Below are positions 56,678-64,000 of a stretch of 64,000 bases of DNA, in pieces. Source of the stretch: TPA_inf: Saccharomyces. Taxonomy: Eukaryota. Positions within the stretch are counted from its first letter, which is position 1. Each line of letters opens with the position of its first letter. Below the pieces are notes generated by a model that saw nothing but the letters and a program-made list of their open reading frames with translations, had not been told where the DNA came from and did not search any database. Position numbers and translations under genes: made by a program. The stretch is taken from assembly GCA_000146045.2 (NCBI GenBank), contig BK006936.2, positions 608,001 through 672,000 of the forward strand, read 5' to 3'.

Positions 56678-57152
56678 GCCTACTTTTGTTTTATCCCCCT
56701 ATAACTATGGTATATTATACTGCCTCACCAAACGTTTAGGTCTTGCTTCTGCTTCCCACAGTAGCTTACGCATTATAGCCGATTTATTTTTCACTTATTT
56801 TCGCATGCCAGAGTATCTTTATTTTCTTTCTTTCATTCAGCCTGTCGTCGAAAAGAAAAAAAAGAAAATAAATATGTGCGTATTCTAACCATGAAACAGG
56901 AACTCATTCAATGTGCACAGTACTTATCTCATTCAATTTTGTAAAAACAAAATATATACATTGTATGTATGTGTGTATTTGCAGTTATATATCTACTAAT
57001 AACCAGTACGCCATACATGTCTTGATTAGCAAAATATTATTTATGTTTTTCTCATTAGTACTATTTCCGCGAAGAGGGTAGAAAGTGTAGGGTACAGGGA
57101 AAAAAGTTCCCTATCTCCTTCTTTCTCTCCTTCCTATTGGATTGAAGTTTAT

Positions 57153-58253
57153 TTATTCAATTGACAAGACTTCTTTGACAGCTTTAACGATGGTTGGAGT
57201 ATCAGGGAAAGCGAAATCTTCTAATTCTTTAGCGTAAGGTGTTGGAACATCGGCACCAGTAACTCTTTGGATTGGAGCATCCAAGTAATCAAAGGCTTCA
57301 GACTCCATAACTTGGGCGACAATTTCAGCACCAACACCAAATGATGGGAAAGTGGATTCAACAGTAATCAAGTGGTTTGTCTTCTTGACAGTTTTGATGA
57401 TAGCTTCAGTATCTAAAGGTCTAATAGAACGCAAGTTGATAACTTCTGCAGAGACACCATATTTCTTTTGTAGAATTTCAGCGGCTTCCAAAGAAAACTG
57501 AACGTTTCTTGTGTACGTAACAATGGAAATATCGGTACCTTCTCTTTCGATCTTAGCCTTGTATGGCAAGGTGAACTCAGGGGATAAAGCTTCTTCTGAG
57601 ATTTCAAAAGATTCACCGTACAACAATTCGTTCTCTAAAAATACAACAGGGTTTGGATCTCTGATGGCGGCCTTTAACAAACCCCTAGCATCTTCAGCAG
57701 AATAAGGGACAAGGACCTTTAACCCTGGAATGGAACCGTACCAAGGAGAAAAGTCCTGTGAATGTTGAGCACCAACACCCACTGCAGCACCATTAGGACC
57801 TCTGAAGACCATTTGACATTTTTGAGTACCACCAGACATGTAGTGAGTCTTTGCAGCGGAATTGACAACATGATCGATAGCTTGCATAGAGAAATTGAAC
57901 GACATAAACTCTACAATTGGCTTCAAACCCTTCAAAGCGGCACCAACGGCCAAACCTGTGAACCCGTATTCGGTAATAGGTGTGTCAACCACACGACGTT
58001 CACCGAACCTGTCCAATAAACCCTTTGACACCTTATAAGCCCCGTTATATTGTGCAACTTCTTCACCAATAAGGAAGACATCATCATCACGGTCCAATTC
58101 TTCCGCCATGGCACTATTCAAGGCCTCTCTGACGGTCATCGTCTTTGTTGATGAGAATCTCAATGCTGCTGCTGCTGCAGAGGGTCTTACAAAAGAAGTT
58201 GGGGCACGACGTGCAACATTTCTGGCCAATGATGTTGGCAGTCTGGAAAACAT
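57153..58253 (-). CDS. PDB1: Pyruvate dehydrogenase E1 beta subunit, mitochondrial (366 aa)
   Basis: The internal ATG at 58251-58253 gives [21 protein letters not shown]..., a mitochondrial presequence. Transketolase-like pyrimidine-binding and C-terminal domains are present. Confidence 0.9.
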   Translation of the reverse strand: MFSRLPTSLARNVARRAPTSFVRPSAAAAALRFSSTKTMTVREALNSAMAEELDRDDDVFLIGEEVAQYNGAYKVSKGLLDRFGERRVVDTPITEYGFTGLAVGAALKGLKPIVEFMSFNFSMQAIDHVVNSAAKTHYMSGGTQKCQMVFRGPNGAAVGVGAQHSQDFSPWYGSIPGLKVLVPYSAEDARGLLKAAIRDPNPVVFLENELLYGESFEISEEALSPEFTLPYKAKIEREGTDISIVTYTRNVQFSLEAAEILQKKYGVSAEVINLRSIRPLDTEAIIKTVKKTNHLITVESTFPSFGVGAEIVAQVMESEAFDYLDAPIQRVTGADVPTPYAKELEDFAFPDTPTIVKAVKEVLSIE

Positions 58254-58719
58254 GTTGAACAAAATTATTGCAAAAGTAAAAGAACTTACTAAACTGCGAT
58301 CGATTATCAATGAACAAACACAGGAACTGTTATGAGGGAGGCGGAATTTAACGTCCGAGTGTGTAAATGATACTAAATTAGTCTAACAAAAGGAAGAAAC
58401 TTGACAGAGATAATATCAAGAGTCGCTGTTGCAATCGTTAACCTGTATATGTAGATACACCTCTTTTTATTGCAAACGTGCAAACGCATGACTTTTAATG
58501 ACGGAGAACTTCTTAGTTGAAGACTCGTCTCTTTTGCATGTTCTCCCACTTCGAAGTCTCGGAAAACAGACCCCGGAAACAGCCGCGACGAAAAAGAATC
58601 AGCTTAGGCATGATAAATACTGTGGTTTCATTAGATAGATAAAATACATAAGTATTGGCGTATATAAACGGGTGCCAGATAGAAGCTTTCAGAGAGCATA
58701 AAATTGTACAGGATACTGC

Positions 58720-60351
58720 CTACAACTTACTCTTATTTCTGCTGCTCTTAGCAAAAGTTTCTGCGATAACTCTTCTCTGGATTTTACCTGTAGCGGTTTT
58801 TGGTAGCTTATCAACAAAGTACACCTTGGTTGGAATTTTGAAAGAGGCTAGGTGCTTCTTTAAGAAGTTCACCAGTTCTTCGTAGGTCATTTTTTCTCCC
58901 TTCTTCAAAACAATGGCGGCTTGAACTACTTGGCCGTACATATCGTCGGGAACACCAAATGCAACGGCTTCATCGATCTTTGGATGCGATAGCATAATGC
59001 CGTCGAGCTCAATGGGTGAAATCTTTTCACCACCCCTGTTGATAAGCTCTTTGATTCTGCCTGTAAGGACCAAAAACCCCTCAGGGTCGAAATAACCTTG
59101 GTCACCGGTTCTGAAATAGTTCTCTCTCTTGGTGAAGTTCTCCTTGTTAGCTTTTGGATTATTAGCATACCCCAAAGTGACGTTTTCGCCTCTGATGGAA
59201 ACTTCGCCGACTTTGCCCGGGGGCAAGACATTGTCATTGTCATCTAGAATGACGACGGTGACTCCTTGTGGCTGGCCCACAGTACCAGGCTTTCTCTTTC
59301 CTGGAGGCAGATTGTTTGAGGTCATTTGATGTGATGCTTCGGTCATCGCATAGGCCTCCAAGACAGGTGCATTGAATTCCTTCTCCAGCTTATGGAACGT
59401 TGCTGGAGCCAAAGCAGAAGAACACGATCTGATGAATCTAATGTGTGGGAAAGGGTTTGGTTTGGGCATGTTCAGCATAATCATGCTTATTGTGGGAACG
59501 CAACTGAACCAATTACAGTTGTACTTAACAAATTGGTCCCAGAATAACTTTGGATGGAATCCATCGGGAACCACAACAGAACCCTGAGTTCTAAAAGTGG
59601 AAAGTAAAACACCAATTAACCCATGGACGTGGAAAAGAGGCATCACGACATAAGATCTGTCCAAGGGCGTTAGCTTGTAAGTGTTAGCAATGTTCAACGT
59701 GCTTCTCACAATGTTCAAATGTAACAAAGGCACCGTTTTTGGAGTGGAGGTGGTACCACTGGTATGCAAAATCAGGGCAACGTCACTGGAACGGGCAAAC
59801 CCAGGGAATTTAACGGGATTTGTGTTGACAAATTTGGCGTTGTTCAAAGACCGGTAAATAACCCTTTTGTAGTTGTCCTCTGGAGAGTATATATCATACT
59901 CTACCCTAAACCTGGTCGCATCGAAGGCCAGCTCTACGATAAAACATCCAAACGTGGAGGCAGATTTTAGAATTTCAGAACTCTGTAACTTTGTGGTACC
60001 CTTTGGGACGCAAATCGCCTTAGATTTCAGGTCATTCAAATAAAAATTGAACTCCTTTTCCTTATAATTGGGATTCAAGGGCGCGCCAATTTTAGCGTCC
60101 ATAGTAGCACCGAGGAAAGCGACGATAAATTCCAGCCCATTACGCATGGATATCGCCACTGTATCTTGTCTGAAAACAGCTCCGTACAATGGAGAATTAG
60201 GATTTGTGAACATGGTCTGGAAGTGACCCACCATGTGGGATAGATCCCTGTAGGTCACCTGAGTGTCCGTTTCAGGAACAATAACGGCGACATTATCGGA
60301 TACGCTAAAAGTATCGTTGAACGAAGCAGTAACAGTAGCGGCACTTGTCAT
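58720..60351 (-). CDS. PCS60: Peroxisomal AMP-binding (acyl-/oxalyl-CoA synthetase-like) protein (543 aa) with C-terminal SKL
   Basis: The internal ATG at 60349-60351 (MTSAATVTAS...) gives 543 aa. It has the AMP-binding signature ILHTSGTTSTPK, and the C-terminus ...NKSKL is a PTS1. Confidence 0.85.
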   Translation of the reverse strand: MTSAATVTASFNDTFSVSDNVAVIVPETDTQVTYRDLSHMVGHFQTMFTNPNSPLYGAVFRQDTVAISMRNGLEFIVAFLGATMDAKIGAPLNPNYKEKEFNFYLNDLKSKAICVPKGTTKLQSSEILKSASTFGCFIVELAFDATRFRVEYDIYSPEDNYKRVIYRSLNNAKFVNTNPVKFPGFARSSDVALILHTSGTTSTPKTVPLLHLNIVRSTLNIANTYKLTPLDRSYVVMPLFHVHGLIGVLLSTFRTQGSVVVPDGFHPKLFWDQFVKYNCNWFSCVPTISMIMLNMPKPNPFPHIRFIRSCSSALAPATFHKLEKEFNAPVLEAYAMTEASHQMTSNNLPPGKRKPGTVGQPQGVTVVILDDNDNVLPPGKVGEVSIRGENVTLGYANNPKANKENFTKRENYFRTGDQGYFDPEGFLVLTGRIKELINRGGEKISPIELDGIMLSHPKIDEAVAFGVPDDMYGQVVQAAIVLKKGEKMTYEELVNFLKKHLASFKIPTKVYFVDKLPKTATGKIQRRVIAETFAKSSRNKSKL

Positions 60352-60662
60352 TGTAGCAAAAATGTGCGTGAAGCGTCTAACCTCTTGCAGCACAGTGGGA
60401 GTAAATTTCAAGAAGGAGCATCTATTAAAAAGAGCTTTTAATCATACCATCTCTATTTATATACAGTTAATCTTGAAAAATAAAAAAAGACCGAATAAAG
60501 GACTCGGAAGCTTTAGCTCGGAATAGTTAAAGACGCTTTCGGCCCGAGAAAAAAATATTCTGAGCACCAAAATCCAATCGCCTGAAGTTTATCAAGTAAA
60601 TTTGCCATTCCTGGCCCCATATAGTGATGCCTAAGTGGACAGCAACATCGCGCTCTTACTTG

Positions 60663-62297
60663 TTAGTCGTTCTCATGACGAGCAAGGCAAAAGCACTCGT
60701 CCTCAGCTAAGTCGTATGGTATGACTGGCAGCGTGAATGGCACGGCCACATGGGTGGGATTACCCGCGCAGCCTCTACGGTCACGTGTAAAAGTACGGCA
60801 CGTGACCTTCCTGGTATTTGCTAACCTGCGACTATGGTAAAGCACTCCTGCTTCATAATTGCGTGGTTTTCTTGAAACGGTGCCCCATGCTGTTTGGCTG
60901 AGGTTTGCCGAAGTATAAAGGCACCATTCTAGTTCTTTAAATACCTGCGATGCATCACAGGGCCCTGCGGAGTTTGTTGCACAATGCATGTAAAACTTAG
61001 AGTGCGCGGGCGTCGTCCCTCGTCTTCTAGTAACCATAGCAGGGTCTTGCTTGTAAAATACTTTGAACTTGTTTCGCAGCATTTCGTAGTAGCTCTTTTT
61101 CTGAAGATATTGAAAATGAAACCACCCGGAACTGGACCACTTTAAGGGACTGGTGACAAACTCTTGTTCGGTGGGGAAAATAATGTACGGCTTGATTTTT
61201 CTCTGCGAATATTCATTAATCAATGAATTCGTTGGCAGTATTTCTGCTTTCTTCCTCCCAGCGGTGTCCTTTGCTGGAGGGGACATGATTCCGGTAAACA
61301 GAGGAATCATTAGATGTGTCCATAAGTTTTCGTCTCGCGCTCTTGATAGAGATGTCCCTATGGATGAAGTTTGACATAGATAATGTTTTGCAGTATCACT
61401 AGCACTTGTGCCAGCAGAAAGTTTTTCTAGTTTATTGTAAAACGACAGTAAACCCGACGACTGAAATTTGGAGGGCGTAGAATATACAAATTCTAATTCG
61501 CTCAAAGGAGCAAAGTTAACTTCCTCTACGCTTTTTGTAATCAATTCGTCAATGTCTTTCAGGTGGTACGAATTGAGGTATTCTATCAAGCTTCTCTTAA
61601 ACGGTACTGGTAGCCCTTCTTTACCTATTTTCAAAAGGGGACTGCACCAACACACCTGTTGAGGCAGGTTAGTCTCCATTGACGTAAAATTGTTAGATGG
61701 CAAGAATATTTTGCATTCGCCATTATCGTAAAAGTTTATGATCAGCTTCGTATGGTGGGAAGCGAATGGGGGCATCGTTATTTCAATAAGTTTGACCTTT
61801 TTTAATATTACTGCCAGTGTCGCGTCCATAGCACGGGCTTCGATAGGCATAATAGTACCCTTTTGGCCGACGATGGTTATGTTCTCTACGTTCTGGTGGA
61901 ATTGTCTCAACAAGAAATCAAGTTCGTATTGGAAACTGAAGAGTATGCTTCTTTTTAGTGTCTCAGTGCCAAAGATATCTTTCAATGTAATCATATCCTC
62001 TACTTCTCCCATAAAATCCTCTCTTTCATAGAAGTCCGATTTCATTAGTTTAAAAACGGCACCTTTTGCCGTATCGTTTGTTTCTATTCTCTCACTCAAA
62101 TCTTGTTCCTGATTAGTCAAATCAATGATTTTCGATTCACTGACTATGACGCAGTCGTCGCTATCATTGTTACTGTTGACCGGAGCCATATTCTCCATTT
62201 CAGCACTATACCTGACGCTCTTCCACCGTTGTGCTACTTTCTCGGCAACATCCGACCTCTTCCTCTTAGTTCCATTGAAATTTGTTTCTCGTGACAT
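60663..62297 (-). CDS. TDP1: Tyrosyl-DNA phosphodiesterase I (544 aa), two HKD motifs
   Basis: The ORF is 544 aa. HKD motifs are visible at ...ASHHTKLIINF... and ...PAHSKFYMHC.... Confidence 0.9.
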   Translation of the reverse strand: MSRETNFNGTKRKRSDVAEKVAQRWKSVRYSAEMENMAPVNSNNDSDDCVIVSESKIIDLTNQEQDLSERIETNDTAKGAVFKLMKSDFYEREDFMGEVEDMITLKDIFGTETLKRSILFSFQYELDFLLRQFHQNVENITIVGQKGTIMPIEARAMDATLAVILKKVKLIEITMPPFASHHTKLIINFYDNGECKIFLPSNNFTSMETNLPQQVCWCSPLLKIGKEGLPVPFKRSLIEYLNSYHLKDIDELITKSVEEVNFAPLSELEFVYSTPSKFQSSGLLSFYNKLEKLSAGTSASDTAKHYLCQTSSIGTSLSRARDENLWTHLMIPLFTGIMSPPAKDTAGRKKAEILPTNSLINEYSQRKIKPYIIFPTEQEFVTSPLKWSSSGWFHFQYLQKKSYYEMLRNKFKVFYKQDPAMVTRRRGTTPAHSKFYMHCATNSAGPCDASQVFKELEWCLYTSANLSQTAWGTVSRKPRNYEAGVLYHSRRLANTRKVTCRTFTRDRRGCAGNPTHVAVPFTLPVIPYDLAEDECFCLARHEND

Positions 62298-62626
62298 TAA
62301 TGATCGGTTGAAAACACATTATCATCATTCTTGTCTGGGCTCACCGTTTCTCTGCATTATTTTCCTCTTTATAAGCCCTTTATTAAATTACCATTTTCGC
62401 AGTTTAGTGCGGCCGCCGAAAATACATCAGAAGGGATCCATACCAACACTTACCAAGAACGCTGAAACACGTTGTTCACATCACCTGAAACAAGCAGCAG
62501 CTACTGGAGAAGTGTGTAAAGTAGTAGTAATTATTAAAGGACACATATTGAAGGATTGTTCAATTTTCTTTTTTATTATTTTTCCCCTCATTTATCCACT
62601 TTTTATAAACTGCTCAAGTAAATACA

Positions 62627-64000
62627 ATGGGCTCCAATAAGGAAGCAAAAAACATTGATAGTAAGAATGATAGGGGGTTAACCAGTATAACCAGTAACAA
62701 AATTTCCAACTTAAAAGCACATGATAACCATACAAGTTCAATGATTACTGAACATAAAAATGCTGACAAAGAAAAGGGGAAACAAGAAAAAGAGAGTAGA
62801 AATGGAACCACGCAATCAAGTAGTTCAGTAGAATCACACTCACCACAAGTAAGCCATCATTCAGATAAGCTCTCGTCCTTTGATTCGCCCTTACATTTGC
62901 CAAACTTTAGACTGGCGGATGACTTGTTCTCAAACTCGTCAAGACGATCATCTGACTCCGCTGCCTCATCCTCAGTATCCAAACTGAAGTCCGCTCAGCT
63001 TTCCAAAATAGGTCTACATCATCATCATACAAGTAATAATAAACATAGTCATAGAAGCGGAACTCCGACTTCCGAAGTGAAAGCTAATTACTCACCAGAC
63101 CCTTCTGCACCGCGATTCATTGTATCCAATATGGTCGGCAATGGCCGGGGAGGTGGTGGTCTACACGGTGCAACTTCGAACGTTGTCAAGAAACTCCATT
63201 CTAGAAAAAAATGGGACTGGAACACTTTACCGGCATCAGATTCTTCTCTTCTAATCAAAACCGTTTCAGGAAATCATAATTTAATCAACATTTGCATAGA
63301 CGGTGAATTCAAACAAATAATGTACGACCCGAATCATAATGAGCTCTTTAATAGAATGGACTTGTTTCTATCTTTTAACATGGACTCCTCGCCAGAAGAC
63401 TCTTTAATATTTGCCAAGAAAAGATTACGGTCGTACATTGATTTCCTAACAAAATATTTGGAATCTAGGAAATATGCATTTGAATGTTATCCATTTAACA
63501 TTGAAAACATCATAAATATAGAGACTGAGGTTAAATGCTTTCCATCGTTTGACCCGTTAAAAGATTATTCTGAAATTGAATCCTTGATTCAATTATGGTT
63601 GGCTCAATCTCAAAAATTTTTACTGCAATCAAATTCATTCTTCTTTTCATCTGAAGTAGTGGAGGAACTAATAAAAAGAAAACCAACCACAAGACAACAT
63701 TCTAATCCAACAATCAGCACCACCAGCAACAAGATCAGTGACCCTACATTATATATTCAGCAGTTAGATATAGAAGCAAACTCTCCAAGGCCAGTAATAT
63801 CGGATCCATTAGACGAAATTGACATCTTATTAATAAGACCGCTGCATAAAACCCTGGGCGGTTGGCAGCTGGCGTATGATGAACCAAGCTTGAACATCGC
63901 AGATTTCGCATTAGATTTATCTCCCTGGATGATTGACAGCAGTGACAATGACGCTCAGAATAAGAATGCTAGTGAAATTGCTCCTGAGTATTTAACAAAC
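62627..64000 (+). CDS. 5' part (458 codons) of a large uncharacterised Ser-rich protein (YBR225W); runs off the window end
   Basis: The frame from the ATG at 62627 (MGSNKEAKNIDSKND...) stays open to position 64000. It is absent from the ORF track only because it lacks a stop in the window. It lies divergent from TDP1. Confidence 0.6.
   Translation, partial: MGSNKEAKNIDSKNDRGLTSITSNKISNLKAHDNHTSSMITEHKNADKEKGKQEKESRNGTTQSSSSVESHSPQVSHHSDKLSSFDSPLHLPNFRLADDLFSNSSRRSSDSAASSSVSKLKSAQLSKIGLHHHHTSNNKHSHRSGTPTSEVKANYSPDPSAPRFIVSNMVGNGRGGGGLHGATSNVVKKLHSRKKWDWNTLPASDSSLLIKTVSGNHNLINICIDGEFKQIMYDPNHNELFNRMDLFLSFNMDSSPEDSLIFAKKRLRSYIDFLTKYLESRKYAFECYPFNIENIINIETEVKCFPSFDPLKDYSEIESLIQLWLAQSQKFLLQSNSFFFSSEVVEELIKRKPTTRQHSNPTISTTSNKISDPTLYIQQLDIEANSPRPVISDPLDEIDILLIRPLHKTLGGWQLAYDEPSLNIADFALDLSPWMIDSSDNDAQNKNASEIAPEYLTN

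Noticed and set aside
62125-62640. 171-aa plus-strand ORF spanning the TDP1 5' end and the TDP1/YBR225W intergenic region
   Set aside because: It overlaps the TDP1 start antisense and runs through a shared promoter. The peptide is hydrophobic and low-complexity, and it ends right at the YBR225W ATG.

Overview
This window reads as a contiguous segment of the right arm of Saccharomyces cerevisiae chromosome II. I recognise the protein sequences from memory and could not run BLAST. The gene order is YBR192W (RIM2, 3' part) through YBR225W (5' part): RIM2, MED8, AIM4, MSI1, PGI1, YBR197C, TAF5, KTR4, BEM1, DER1, MCM7, COS111, LDH1, KTR3, FTH1, DUR1,2, tRNA-Cys(GCA), Ty delta LTR remnants, tRNA-Glu(UUC), ERV15, AME1, NGR1, MET8, SDS24, HPC2, YBP1, ATG12, PYC2, YBR220C, PDB1, PCS60, TDP1 and the start of YBR225W. 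Nearly every long ORF has exactly the length I remember for the S288C reference protein (for example PGI1 554 aa, TAF5 798, MCM7 845, DUR1,2 1835, PYC2 1180, TDP1 544). The window therefore looks like a reference-type yeast genome with ordinary, dense, well-characterised gene content. The supplied ORF track evidently accepts TTG/GTG/CTG starts. For MED8, AIM4, COS111, LDH1, KTR3, FTH1, AME1, NGR1, PDB1 and PCS60 the true start is an internal ATG, which I checked base by base. HPC2 begins with a 13-nt first exon and an 84-nt intron that the ORF track misses. The only accessory-like stretch is the 3.3-kb DUR1,2-ERV15 gap, which holds two tRNA genes, degenerate Ty1/Ty2 delta LTR fragments and the GATA-rich nitrogen-regulated DUR1,2 promoter. 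I find no evidence of an undescribed biological system. The findings below are known or expected yeast biology that is visible in the sequence, plus a few low-confidence candidates (ACS matches, a UPRE-like element, small ORFs).
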